64,000 nt of DNA, taken from IMG/VR virus record IMGVR_UViG_3300021378_000010, positions 36,570 to 100,569 of that record; one strand, given 5' to 3'. Below the pieces are notes generated by a model. The model saw only the letters and a list, made by a program, of their open reading frames with translations, was not told the DNA's origin and did not search any database. How positions within the stretch are numbered: position 1 is the stretch's first letter; every line of letters starts with the position of its first letter. Source of the DNA: a virus. Shown piece after piece: positions 46,766 to 56,168 of this stretch. The position numbers and the translations under genes were made by a program.

Positions 46766-46866
46766 TGGATGGTTTCAGCCAAAAATTGTATAGCTCATCG
46801 GTAGAGCAATTGCCTTCCAAGCAATGGGTTGCGGGTTCGATCCCCGCTACAAAAAACACCATCCAG
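46766..46866 (+). ncRNA. Stem-CAGC ncRNA copy 6, with a tRNA-Gly(TCC) core lacking a full acceptor/CCA
   Basis: TGGATGGT-TTCAGCC...D arm, ATTGC-CT-TCC-AA-GCAAT, T arm...ACCATCCA-G. Confidence 0.72.
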
Positions 46867-46888
46867 TTAACATAATAAGAGGAGTGAC

Positions 46889-47458
46889 ATGAAAGCCAAA
46901 CTAAAGTTCATATTTTCATCCATGAATAGTGGAAAGAGCTTGTCACTCCTCTCTAAAAACTTTATGTTGCGTGAAAAAGGATTTCATACCGTCCTGATGA
47001 AATCCGCTGTAGATAGCAGAAGCAACGATTCAATTACCACAAGACTTGGTATTAGTGATCCATGTATCGCTCTCGAATCAAAGGACATCCCCAGTAAAAT
47101 TATTCTAGAAAAATACAAAAGTAAATTGGACTACGTTTTAGTTGATGAGTCTCAGTTCTTGTCAAAAGAACAGGTTTGGGATCTTGCATACCTAGTTGAT
47201 GAAATGAACATTAATGTAAGATGCTACGGTTTAAAACTAGATTGGCAAGGAAATTTCTTTTCTGGTTCTGAAGAGCTCATGAAGATTGCAGATGAGCTTG
47301 AGCCTATCGAAAACTATTGTAAGCATAACAAAGGCGCAAAAGCGTTTTTTCATATCAAACTCGGCGGTTCTGATAAAAGCGTAGAAATTGGTGAAGAAGA
47401 CTTATACGAATCTGTATCACGTAAAAAATGGAAAGAATGGCATGAGCAAAATCAATGA
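46889..47458 (+). CDS. tk: Thymidine kinase
   Basis: SSMNSGKS, VDESQFL, YGLKLD...FSGS. Confidence 0.9.
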   Translation: MKAKLKFIFSSMNSGKSLSLLSKNFMLREKGFHTVLMKSAVDSRSNDSITTRLGISDPCIALESKDIPSKIILEKYKSKLDYVLVDESQFLSKEQVWDLAYLVDEMNINVRCYGLKLDWQGNFFSGSEELMKIADELEPIENYCKHNKGAKAFFHIKLGGSDKSVEIGEEDLYESVSRKKWKEWHEQNQ

Positions 47459-48074
47459 AGTCTATCGGCGGTTCAGTAAGATCTATCCGCCTTCGAGTCG
47501 TTTTGTTCCTGAGTCGAAGATTCATGCTGATCCGTTTTGTAGTTTAGTAGGAGTTGTTTTATCTGCTCAAACTAGAGACGAGATGACTGGTCGAGCGTGC
47601 AATAATCTTTTTGCAATTACTGATACTCCAGAAGGCATTCTCGAGTTAACAGATGAACGACTTGTAGAATGCATTCGTCCTGTTGGTATGTATAACAACA
47701 AAGCAAAAAATCTCAAAAAAATGTGTACCCAACTCATCGAAAGGCACGGCGGCCAAGTTCCTAAGACTCGTCCTGAGCTGATGGCTCTTGCTGGAGTAGG
47801 TAGAAAATCAACTGACATCATGATGCGCTTTGTATATCATGAAGGAGCAATCGCTGTTGATACACATGTTCATCGTTTATCAAACAGACTTGGTTTGGTG
47901 AACACGCCATCGGCAGACGTAACAGCGGATTTTCTTGCTGAGAATACTCCAGAACAATATAAAATGAGCGCGCATGAGTGGTTTATCAACTATGGCAAGT
48001 ATGTATGTAGAGCTAGGTCTCCAAAATGTGAAGAATGCGTCTTCACAGATATTTGCTCATACTACGATAAATAA
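47442..48074 (+). CDS. nth: Endonuclease III (HhH-GPD, 4Fe-4S)
   Basis: LSAQTRD, LAGVGRKS, VDTHV, CxxxxxxCxxCxxxxxC. Confidence 0.92.
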   Translation: MSKINEVYRRFSKIYPPSSRFVPESKIHADPFCSLVGVVLSAQTRDEMTGRACNNLFAITDTPEGILELTDERLVECIRPVGMYNNKAKNLKKMCTQLIERHGGQVPKTRPELMALAGVGRKSTDIMMRFVYHEGAIAVDTHVHRLSNRLGLVNTPSADVTADFLAENTPEQYKMSAHEWFINYGKYVCRARSPKCEECVFTDICSYYDK

Positions 48075-48134
48075 CCGGTTGACAAATCATCATACTTGAT
48101 ATAGTATGATACTATAATAACATGGAGAATCACT

Positions 48135-49961
48135 TTGTCTAAACAAGAAGACTTTCGTATTCTGACAGCACGTCAGCACGTACGTCAAAGAATTGGTATG
48201 TACATGGGCTCGAGTTCTCGCGAAGAGGTCGAGCGTTTTGTTCTCGGTGAATGGAAAAAAGCGACTTATGTTCCTGCGTTGTCAAAGATGATTGACGAGA
48301 TCCTTGACAACGCTATCGACGAAGCTATCCGTACAAATTTTGAATATGCTAACAAGGTCGACGTCTCGATCAATAATAATGAAGTCACTGTAGCCGATAA
48401 CGGCCGTGGTATTCCTCAAGATGAAATCTTTGATGAAGCTACCAATCAAAAGATAATTCGTCCTGTTGCTGCATGGACTAAGGTAAATGCCGGCACGAGT
48501 TTTGATGATGCACGAGTTACTATCGGCACAAACGGAGTAGGTTCCGCAGCAACTAACTTTCTGTCTGAAAGCTTTATTGGCCGCACATGGCAGAACGGAA
48601 AGCTCATCGAAGTAAAGTGTTCTGAAGGCGGTCTTCATGCGAATGTAAAAGAAAAAAACCAAGGCGGTAATGGTACAATCGTTACCTTTACTCCTGACTT
48701 CAGCCTCTTTGAGACTGACTCTCTTGACCAACTGGATACCATCTCACTTCTCGAGGATCGTCTCATCGGTCTTCAAATGGCGTTTCCTGAGATCAAGTTT
48801 TCGTTCAATAAAAAACGAATTCAGGTAAGTGACCTCAAGAAGTATGCTGCTATGTTCAGCGATACTTCTGTAATCGAACGTTCTGATGATCTTTCGTTTT
48901 TCTTTGCATCGTCCGAAGATGGCTTTCGTTCAAATAGTTTTGTCAACGGTGTGAATACTCGCCAGGGTGGCACGTATGTCGACCATATCGTAAACAACAT
49001 AGCAGATGAGCTTGCTGTTTTGATCAAAAAGAAACATAAGATCGAAGTGCCAAAAAGCACTGTCAAGAATGGTCTTACATTTGTAATGTTTGCTCGTAAC
49101 TTCATGAACCCCAAGTTTGATAGTCAGACTAAAGAACGTCTGACAAACGGTGTATCTGAAGTTCGTAACCACTTTGACCAAACCAAAGTAAAAGACTTCA
49201 GCTATTTCGCGCGCAAGCTTTTAAATACTCCTGAGATCATTGACCCTATTATTGAAGCTCAACTTGCGAAAAAACTTGCTGCTGATCGTCGTGCTGCTAC
49301 TCTGGCTCAGAAAAAGCTGAAAAAAGTTAAAGTTGCAAAGCATATTGCTGCAAACAGTGATGACGCACTTCTTGCGTTGGTCGAGGGTGACTCTGCTATG
49401 GGCTTCCTTCTCAAGGTTCGCGATTCTAGTAAACTTGGTGCTTATCCTCTTCGTGGTGTGATCATGAACACGTGGGATATGAAGCCTGCCGATGTGCTGA
49501 AAAATAAAGAACTTGGTGAACTTGTAGCAATTCTTGGTCTTGACATCAACAATCCAGACAGTGTAGACGACATGACTTATGCTGGTGTTGCTACACTGAC
49601 TGATGCTGACCATGATGGCGCAGGTCATATTACTCCTTTGATCATTGCATTCTTCTACAAGTTCTGGCCACGACTCTTGACTGAAAAGCGCATTCACATT
49701 ACTCGTTCTCCGATTATGATTTCGACCAATGGCAAGGATGTAAAGTGGTTCTTTACATACTCTGATGCAAATGAATTTAAGTCAAACTGCAAAGGCTATA
49801 ACCACCGCTATATCAAGGGTTTGGGATCGCTTACCGAAAATGAATATGACCGCGTGATCAACAATCCGATGCTTGATACAGTCACTGTCGACGATGCTTC
49901 CTATTTTCAAATCATGTTTGGAGGAAATGCTCAACTTCGTAAGGAACTGATGAATGAATGA
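48135..49961 (+). CDS. gp39: Type II topoisomerase large subunit (gp39+gp60 fused)
   Basis: EILDNAID, DNGRGIP, GTNGVG, EGDSA, PLRG, DADHDG, YIKGLGS. Confidence 0.96.
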   Translation: MSKQEDFRILTARQHVRQRIGMYMGSSSREEVERFVLGEWKKATYVPALSKMIDEILDNAIDEAIRTNFEYANKVDVSINNNEVTVADNGRGIPQDEIFDEATNQKIIRPVAAWTKVNAGTSFDDARVTIGTNGVGSAATNFLSESFIGRTWQNGKLIEVKCSEGGLHANVKEKNQGGNGTIVTFTPDFSLFETDSLDQLDTISLLEDRLIGLQMAFPEIKFSFNKKRIQVSDLKKYAAMFSDTSVIERSDDLSFFFASSEDGFRSNSFVNGVNTRQGGTYVDHIVNNIADELAVLIKKKHKIEVPKSTVKNGLTFVMFARNFMNPKFDSQTKERLTNGVSEVRNHFDQTKVKDFSYFARKLLNTPEIIDPIIEAQLAKKLAADRRAATLAQKKLKKVKVAKHIAANSDDALLALVEGDSAMGFLLKVRDSSKLGAYPLRGVIMNTWDMKPADVLKNKELGELVAILGLDINNPDSVDDMTYAGVATLTDADHDGAGHITPLIIAFFYKFWPRLLTEKRIHITRSPIMISTNGKDVKWFFTYSDANEFKSNCKGYNHRYIKGLGSLTENEYDRVINNPMLDTVTVDDASYFQIMFGGNAQLRKELMNE

Positions 49962-51345
49962 GTTGACAAACTTCTTCGATGATGATAATATAGAATCAAA
50001 TGAAAAGGAAACAACTTCTATGATTCGGGAATATCCAATCTCAAATGTAGCTCGAAGCGAGTGGCTCGACTTTGCGATGTACACAGTCGAGTCTCGTGCC
50101 ATCCCAAATATGATTGACGGCATGAAACCTGTGCAGCGTTTCTACGTTTATTCGTCTATCAAAAACAGTAAGACCGACTTCAAAAAGGTCAGCGCGGTTT
50201 CTGGCGTAGTTTCAGACTATGGTTATAACCACGGTGAGGGTTCTGCTGCTGGTGCAGGCCAGCTTATGGCTGCTGAATGGTCAAACAATATCTGTCTCGT
50301 AGAAGGTCGAGGTTCTTTCGGTACTCGATTAGTTCAATCAGCTGCAGCTGCTCGTTACACTTACACTCGACTGCACAAAAACTTCAGCAAATACATCAAA
50401 GATATTGATCTTGCTCCTATTCACGAAGATCCTGAGCACGAACCTCCACGTTTTTATGTTCCAGTAATTCCTTTGGTTCTTACAAATGGAGTCAAGGGTA
50501 TTGCAACTGGTTTTGCAACTAATATTCTACCTCGCGATCCTGAAGATCTTGTGCGCGCTTGTGCTGAGTATATCAAAACTGGTAACATTGACAAGAAAGT
50601 TCGAGTAAAGTTTCCAGACTTCAACGGAACTGTAATATGCAATCCAGAAGAAGGACGATACTACTGCAACGGCATTTTTGAACGCAAAAGCAAAACTCAG
50701 CTCCTTATTACTGAAGTTCCTTATGGATATGACCGCGAAGGTTATGTAAAGGTTCTTGACAATCTTGAGGACGCTGGTCATATTGTCGGTTACGATGATC
50801 TATGCGACAAGTCTGGGTTTAAGTTCGAAATCAAACTGAAGCAAAACACTTCGGCAAATTGGGATAATCAAAAGATTATCTCCGCCTTTAAGCTTTCAAA
50901 GCCGTTCACTGAAAACTTGACGGTTATTGATTATCGTGGGAAGCTAAAAGAATACACGGATGAACGCGATCTTGTTCGTGACTTCTGCGACTATCGCAAT
51001 ACTATCTTGCAAAAACGCATTGATCTTCGTAAGTCTGAAGCTGAAGAACTTGGCCGCTGGTTGACGGTAAAAATGGAATTCATTCAAGCTGTTCTTGATG
51101 ATAAGATCAAATTCAAAAATCAGAAGAAAGCAGAAGTTGCAAAACAGATTTTTGCTAATACTCAAGCAACTTCAGATGATGATGCTGACCGCTTGCTTCG
51201 TATCAACATCATGAGTTTGACTGATGAAATGGTAAAGCAACTTGCCAAAGAAATTAAGGAAGCTCAAAAACAACTCGAGTACTGGATGAAAACAACCGCC
51301 AAAAAGCAGTTTCTCAATGACCTTGAAGAGTTGACCACTGGTTAA
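49954..51345 (+). CDS. gp52: Type II topoisomerase medium subunit gp52
   Basis: DGMKPVQR, YNHGE, AAARY, GIATGF. Confidence 0.96.
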   Translation: MNELTNFFDDDNIESNEKETTSMIREYPISNVARSEWLDFAMYTVESRAIPNMIDGMKPVQRFYVYSSIKNSKTDFKKVSAVSGVVSDYGYNHGEGSAAGAGQLMAAEWSNNICLVEGRGSFGTRLVQSAAAARYTYTRLHKNFSKYIKDIDLAPIHEDPEHEPPRFYVPVIPLVLTNGVKGIATGFATNILPRDPEDLVRACAEYIKTGNIDKKVRVKFPDFNGTVICNPEEGRYYCNGIFERKSKTQLLITEVPYGYDREGYVKVLDNLEDAGHIVGYDDLCDKSGFKFEIKLKQNTSANWDNQKIISAFKLSKPFTENLTVIDYRGKLKEYTDERDLVRDFCDYRNTILQKRIDLRKSEAEELGRWLTVKMEFIQAVLDDKIKFKNQKKAEVAKQIFANTQATSDDDADRLLRINIMSLTDEMVKQLAKEIKEAQKQLEYWMKTTAKKQFLNDLEELTTG

Positions 51346-51433
51346 CATTTAAAACTTTGCCTATGTTGACATAAACAGACTCAACACGGGCACTCTACGA
51401 TCAACTAGATCAGTCTAATTTGGAGTATAAGAC

Positions 51434-51754
51434 ATGACCAATAAAAATATGAGCGAAACTGCTATCAAGAATGCAAAAGCCGCATTTAAACGTGGAATTG
51501 ATGACGAAAATGACAACGCATTTTCAACAAGGCGCCTTCGAGTAGATGAAAAATATCGCCACTTTTATGATAAAGCTCGTGAACTTAGAGCAGAACAGTT
51601 AGCACCAGAGCGGGCAAAAAAATTACTCGAAGATGAGGCTAATGGTATTGTTCAAGAACCACGTACAAACATATTTGAAGTTAGAGAAAAGGCGCGAAAA
51701 CTTAATAATGCTTCAGCTGCTCGTCGTCGTAAAGCTGAAGCTGGTGAACTTTAA
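51434..51754 (+). CDS. Hypothetical protein
   Basis: SD GGAG; ORF track. Confidence 0.65.
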   Translation: MTNKNMSETAIKNAKAAFKRGIDDENDNAFSTRRLRVDEKYRHFYDKARELRAEQLAPERAKKLLEDEANGIVQEPRTNIFEVREKARKLNNASAARRRKAEAGEL

Positions 51755-51832
51755 CTAATACAAAAACTTTTTTAGTTGACATTTGTTCCGAATCAGTATA
51801 GTATCATAATAGGTTAACCAAAGGAGACCATT

Positions 51833-52126
51833 ATGGCCCACGCACCTTTCAATCAAACCACTGGTATCGGCGAACCTGTTATTGGTTGCTTTACTGAATC
51901 TGACCATGGTCATCGATTTGATTATGCCATGCATGATGATTTTGTACTTGCTCCGCCTGCACACGGCGGTAAAAACATGAGATTTCCTCACAAGGTATGG
52001 GTTGGTCCTCTTGGCGAATATCGCGCAGCAAACGTCATGAAAACCTGTGTACATATTATCACTGGCGAAACTGACTTTGGTTGGATCGTTGAAAAGTGGA
52101 ACATCAAAAATCATCAGAGGTACTAA
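51833..52126 (+). CDS. Hypothetical early protein
   Basis: Early promoter 51776; SD AGGAG. Confidence 0.7.
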   Translation: MAHAPFNQTTGIGEPVIGCFTESDHGHRFDYAMHDDFVLAPPAHGGKNMRFPHKVWVGPLGEYRAANVMKTCVHIITGETDFGWIVEKWNIKNHQRY

Positions 52127-52128
52127 CA

Positions 52129-52326
52129 ATGAAATATTCTCTTCTTGCATCAGTTCTTTTGCTTGCAGCGTGTAGCTCGCAAGATCAACCGCTTCTTGAT
52201 CATCTTGAAGCAGAGCGCGACTTTCACGCGCATCAAGCATATCTTGAATGGCTCTATACGAAGTATGACGCAGAGTACATCGACGATTGTTTTTACTATG
52301 AAGACCTCGTTTGTGAGTTTGAGTAG
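52129..52326 (+). CDS. Putative lipoprotein
   Basis: MKYSLLASVLLLAAC lipobox. Confidence 0.7.
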   Translation: MKYSLLASVLLLAACSSQDQPLLDHLEAERDFHAHQAYLEWLYTKYDAEYIDDCFYYEDLVCEFE

Positions 52327-52377
52327 TTGACATTTGCTCCGAATCAGTATAGATTTATAATATAAGGAGAAAAACAA

Positions 52378-52977
52378 ATGAAAAATATTGAAGATCAACA
52401 AGTATCGGTATTCGTAAACGACTATCATAAGTTCGTTCATATCGGTGTATACAACATGTATGATAAAGAAGGTCGACCGAACTACGGCGCTTCTCTTCAT
52501 TCGCAGTATCGTGAGTCTGTACGTGCACGGCGTCACGCAAATAAGCAAGATGCAAAAGGCACAGATCGTGCTTTTGGTAATTCTTTTCAAGTTCGTCTAA
52601 TGAATACGAGTATCGATCAGTGGGAAGTTGATTCAAACACTCAAAATCTAGAATTGAGTCAAGCTCAAGATCTTGCTCACGAACTTTCAGAGCTTTTTGC
52701 TTCAAAGGGTTATGGAATTACAGGTAGCCGCGGCTCAAAATCAATTCGTCATCTTGGCACTAATAAATATGCTACAAGTATCATAATCAAAAATGCTACT
52801 ATGAAGCGTATTCATCAAATCGTGGAAAAGCTGACAGAAGGCTATCACGATATTCTCAATGTTCGGCGTGTTCAGTCTGTAATCTATAGTAGATATATTG
52901 ATCCGAATGGTGACTTCGATACTCGTCGCAAGTTTTGGAACTTTATTGATGAAAATTTTGATCAATACGCTGCGTAA
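52378..52977 (+). CDS. Hypothetical early protein (possible degenerate GIY-YIG)
   Basis: Early promoter 52327; SD AGGAG. Confidence 0.65.
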   Translation: MKNIEDQQVSVFVNDYHKFVHIGVYNMYDKEGRPNYGASLHSQYRESVRARRHANKQDAKGTDRAFGNSFQVRLMNTSIDQWEVDSNTQNLELSQAQDLAHELSELFASKGYGITGSRGSKSIRHLGTNKYATSIIIKNATMKRIHQIVEKLTEGYHDILNVRRVQSVIYSRYIDPNGDFDTRRKFWNFIDENFDQYAA

Positions 52978-53345
52978 TGCTTATAAAAGTACTGAAAACT
53001 CATAATCAAGAAGCTATTTCCGAATTAGTATCTCATGTGTGTCAGCTTCTTGACTTTCATCCGTCTAATATAGAGATTGATGATTTGTATGAAAAAGGTA
53101 TAAATGGTATGTGCATCGATTTATCTCAAGATGAGTTTTTGATACTTTTACGAGATCACGACAGAATGATGCATACGCTGGTCCACGAACTCGTACATGC
53201 AAAGCAGTACATGAAACAAAATCTTGGCAGTTATCTTGACGCTCAATCTATAAACTATGAAACGGCTTGGTGGGAAGTCGAAGCAAGAAAACTTACAAAA
53301 TATATTATGGAGAACTACGATGAACGTAATGGTACTGCAGAATAA
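52977..53345 (+). CDS. Putative zinc metallopeptidase
   Basis: HELVHAKQ...WEVEA (HExxH). Confidence 0.7.
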   Translation: MLIKVLKTHNQEAISELVSHVCQLLDFHPSNIEIDDLYEKGINGMCIDLSQDEFLILLRDHDRMMHTLVHELVHAKQYMKQNLGSYLDAQSINYETAWWEVEARKLTKYIMENYDERNGTAE

Positions 53346-53508
53346 CGAAGCATTCAGTAAGTTGACTTCAGATGTGATAGCACGTCAACACTTTATCGCG
53401 TATGGTGATGGAGACGGATACTTTCGTATTGTAAAAGATAGATTTAGAAATAATTACGGTACAAGGATTTCAGAAAATGTTTTGCATTGGTATCTCGCGT
53501 ATAAATAA
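53320..53508 (+). CDS. Hypothetical protein
   Basis: SD GGAG. Confidence 0.55.
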   Translation: MNVMVLQNNEAFSKLTSDVIARQHFIAYGDGDGYFRIVKDRFRNNYGTRISENVLHWYLAYK

Positions 53509-53531
53509 TACAAAACAAGCGCGAGTATCAC

Positions 53532-54437
53532 ATGGCTATTACATCACTATCTAATCTGAGTATGAACACAATTGCCAACGAGTTTGGTGGATCTACTCCG
53601 CACTCAATTTTAGAATATTATGTGGATGGGGGTCTGATACCAACATTAAGACGAAACGTAGAGCGGATACCAGCAAATCTTGACAATATAATTTCGAATG
53701 TGCCCATAAGTTTAAGCAATTTTTCTGGTACTGCGAGAGAATACTTTTTTGAAGAATCTTATCGAGGCGGATCAGGCACTGTAACATTTAACGTACAAAC
53801 TGGATATTACAAAACTATTTTTGTATGTGGAGTTACAGACACACTTCCACTTAACACGACAGTAAATAATTTGCCATTGCCGACAATAACTTCTCCATTT
53901 TCAAGCAGCTTTCTTTCGTTGAGAACTGGACCAGAGCAACCATCTACAAATTTGGGTTCAGATGCTACAGTAAATGGTTATTCAGTTGTTACATACGATA
54001 CTACAGTTTCAAGTATTACCATATCGCTTCCAGCTGCGGTTTCTAATTATCTTATTATTACTGGATATAACACAGAACCAAATTACAGCGCTGATTTGCA
54101 ATATTTTACAACGCAGCAATATGTTGTAGCATTTGAATCTTCAAGTAGTTCAGATGCTATAATTTTAGGATCTGGTGGCGGTGTTGCGGAACTTCCGCTA
54201 AAAGGACCAAGAGTCAGATATGATTCTGGTATAGGTGATGCGCTTTCGATAAATGTTGTACTTATTTCAGCGATAGGAAATAACGTCAACAGCCCAATTG
54301 CTGGAACAAATTTCAATTACGGACCAACCAGCAGAATGATAGCAAGCTTTGACAGTACAAATACCGGTTCTGGAACCACAACGTATACAATACCAGGAAC
54401 GACGTTGCAAGCTGCAGCTATTATGTTTAGAGTGTAA
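53532..54437 (+). CDS. Putative virion/tail-fibre-associated protein
   Basis: Late promoter 53500; LSMNTIANEFGGSTPHSILEYY N-terminus; Ser/Thr-rich. Confidence 0.6.
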   Translation: MAITSLSNLSMNTIANEFGGSTPHSILEYYVDGGLIPTLRRNVERIPANLDNIISNVPISLSNFSGTAREYFFEESYRGGSGTVTFNVQTGYYKTIFVCGVTDTLPLNTTVNNLPLPTITSPFSSSFLSLRTGPEQPSTNLGSDATVNGYSVVTYDTTVSSITISLPAAVSNYLIITGYNTEPNYSADLQYFTTQQYVVAFESSSSSDAIILGSGGGVAELPLKGPRVRYDSGIGDALSINVVLISAIGNNVNSPIAGTNFNYGPTSRMIASFDSTNTGSGTTTYTIPGTTLQAAAIMFRV

Positions 54438-54499
54438 AAAAGTTTGTAGCACGCCGTCTTTCCGATATAAATAAATGTATGATAATAAAGAAGAGAAAA

Positions 54500-54574
54500 A
54501 TGCTTTCGATACTCGCCCAGAATAGTGTAACAAATTGGTCCGATCTTCCGGGTGGAGGGTTCGAGTTGCTTTGA
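54500..54574 (+). CDS. Putative attenuator leader peptide 2 (MLSILAQNSVTNWSDLPGGGFELL); in-frame ATG also at 54479
   Basis: TATAAATA at 54466; 3' end overlaps antiterminator strand; codons match array-2 tRNAs. Confidence 0.75.
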   Translation: MLSILAQNSVTNWSDLPGGGFELL

Positions 54575-54631
54575 CGTGGAATGTACATATCTACTTTAAG
54601 CAACTCGGGACATAAAAATCCCGAGTTTTTT
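54562..54631 (+). terminator. Attenuator 2: antiterminator 54562-54571/54598-54607 versus intrinsic terminator 54602-54631
   Basis: CGAGTTGCTT/AAGCAACTCG perfect 10 bp; AACTCGGGA-N8-TCCCGAGTT plus T run. Confidence 0.8.
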
Positions 54632-54791
54632 ATTTTGTTGTTGACATTTCGTGAGAATCGGTATAGTATGATAATATAAGGAATCAAGGAATAAACCACG
54701 ACGAGCCAAGCTCAAGACGGTAAAACTTTTTTCCTTAAACTGAACTTTTTAGGTTGACAAATACACCGAATCAGTTTAATATGATAATATA

Positions 54792-54960
54792 AGGAATGAA
54801 AATTCCTACGCTCTTTGAAAATTTGCTCCTTTTATCTTCTAGGCACATGCCGATAATGAAGATGGAAACAGACTTGCTCTGTTTTCACATGCACTAAAGA
54901 AAGTGTCTGATTAAGCTCAGCGAAAGGACGTGAAGCGTATAGTGCAGCTGAAAACAGAGC
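54792..54960 (+). promoter_or_regulatory. rrn-leader-like element: hairpin, boxA-like CGCTCTTTGAAAATT, long stem (54876-54896/54940-54960)
   Basis: Paralog of 39850-40061. Confidence 0.6.
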
Positions 54961-55242
54961 TTCAAAGATAGAGTCGGTATCAATGGTGTTGAGATACTAA
55001 ATATGGCTACTATCTACCGTATGGACTTCTAATAAATTTGACATACGGTTACAACGAATTATTATTGCTGGTTCGTCAATTAACCATTGACATTGTGATA
55101 GAATCAGTATATAAATTAAGTATCGAGACGATGTTGAGTGGTTGTCGAACCCCTGGTTCTAAAGTTCCAAAAACGACATTAAGAGATACATCGTCTGACG
55201 TAGCCTGCGCGTCGTTAGTAAACAAGTTCGGGCCAAGATTAT

Positions 55243-55317
55243 TCCTCAGTGGCCCTAAGGTAGGGCATCCGACTGTTAATCGGCGATTAGTTGGTTCGAT
55301 TCCAACCTGAGGAGCCA
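55243..55317 (+). tRNA. tRNA-Asn(GTT)
   Basis: CCGA-CT-GTT-AA-TCGG; G73-CCA. Confidence 0.88.
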
Positions 55318-55381
55318 AATAGGTAAGGGATAACAACGGCAGTCTCATTGCGTAGCAACGGTTGCCCTTACTAAAGAATAT

Positions 55382-55457
55382 TGCGGGGTAGAGAAGTAGC
55401 ATCTCGTCTGACTCATAATCAGAAGATCGCTGGTGCAAGTCCAGCCCACCGCAACCA
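55382..55457 (+). tRNA. tRNA-Met(CAT), initiator-like acceptor, atypical
   Basis: TGCGGGG...CCGCA-ACCA; TCTGA-CT-CAT-AA-TCAGA. Confidence 0.7.
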
Positions 55458-55462
55458 AATTT

Positions 55463-55538
55463 GCCCTTATAGCTCAGTTGGTAGAGCGCTGTACTTGTAA
55501 TGCAGATGTCCGGCGTTCGATTCGTCGTGAGGGCACCA
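55463..55538 (+). tRNA. tRNA-Thr(TGT)
   Basis: CTGTA-CT-TGT-AA-TGCAG; CCA. Confidence 0.9.
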
Positions 55539-55545
55539 AAACAAT

Positions 55546-55622
55546 GCTCTTGTAGCTCAATTGGTCAGAGCAGAGCGCTCATAACGCTTTGGTTCGGGGT
55601 TCGAGTCCCTGCGGGAGCACCA
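55546..55622 (+). tRNA. tRNA(CAT), probably Ile2 (lysidine, reads AUA)
   Basis: GAGCG-CT-CAT-AA-CGCTT; CGCTCATAACG resembles bacterial Ile2. Confidence 0.75.
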
Positions 55623-55627
55623 AAAAT

Positions 55628-55689
55628 AGGATCGGTTCAGCAAACAAAAACGCTAATTATTATAGTCTTAGCGGACAAAAACGATCCTG
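55628..55689 (+). ncRNA. Stem-CAGCA ncRNA copy 7 (similar to copy 1)
   Basis: AGGATCG-GTTCAGCAA...CGCTAA...GTCTTAGCGGACAAA...CGATCCT-G. Confidence 0.65.
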
Positions 55690-55699
55690 ATAGAATAAT

Positions 55700-55782
55700 G
55701 CGGGTATGGTGTAATTGGTAGCCACGACAGACTTAGAATCTGTTGCTTCGGCGTGGGGGTTCGAGTCCCTCTACCCGCACCA
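55700..55782 (+). tRNA. tRNA-Leu(TAG)
   Basis: ACAGA-CT-TAG-AA-TCTGT; variable arm; CCA. Confidence 0.92.
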
Positions 55783-55788
55783 ATAAAT

Positions 55789-55866
55789 GGGCCTTGACTG
55801 TGTAAATGGCTAACAGGCGTTTGTAACTCAAGTGTGCCAGGAGTTCAACTCTCCTAAGGTCCACCA
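55789..55866 (+). ncRNA. tRNA-like RNA with Ala acceptor identity and no canonical anticodon loop
   Basis: GGGCCTT/AAGGTCC (G3:U70)-A-CCA; T arm AGGAG-TTCAACT-CTCCT. Confidence 0.6.
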
Positions 55867-56168
55867 AAATAGACTGGATATAATCACCCCTTGTGAGGGT
55901 GACCCAAGGACTCAGTAACGAGATACAGCGAAGGGTTGTTGGTCAAGGTTGCAAACAACCCAGTCTATACTTATTCACTGTGTAAGAGGTCGACATCTTG
56001 CATAGAGAGAACACTGCATACCCCGTGGAACCTCGGGGTACCGACGATGACAGTTGTTGTGCAGGGGTAAAAGTCCCAACTGGGGGTTCTGGAAATTTTT
56101 ATAGGCGACGGCAATCGCCTTGACTAAAGAACTACAGTAGCAGTCTTTGCCGAGAAAGCGAACTAGTA

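Noticed and set aside
46766-46866. Functional tRNA-Gly(TCC); likewise tRNA-Thr at 44430
   Set aside because: No full acceptor stem or CCA; embedded in CAGC-handle stems; intact Gly(TCC) and Thr(TGT) exist elsewhere.
44331-46866. CRISPR array
   Set aside because: Repeats are co-varying stems of variable sequence and spacing, not identical direct repeats; no cas genes.
27562-51345. Introns or inteins in gp43, gp46, uvsW or topoisomerase
   Set aside because: All are contiguous and of normal length; no insertion seen.
54475-54525. Alternative short ORF MYDNKEEKNAFDTRPE as the leader peptide
   Set aside because: Starts too close to the TATAAATA box, stops well before the antiterminator, and its codons do not match the array.
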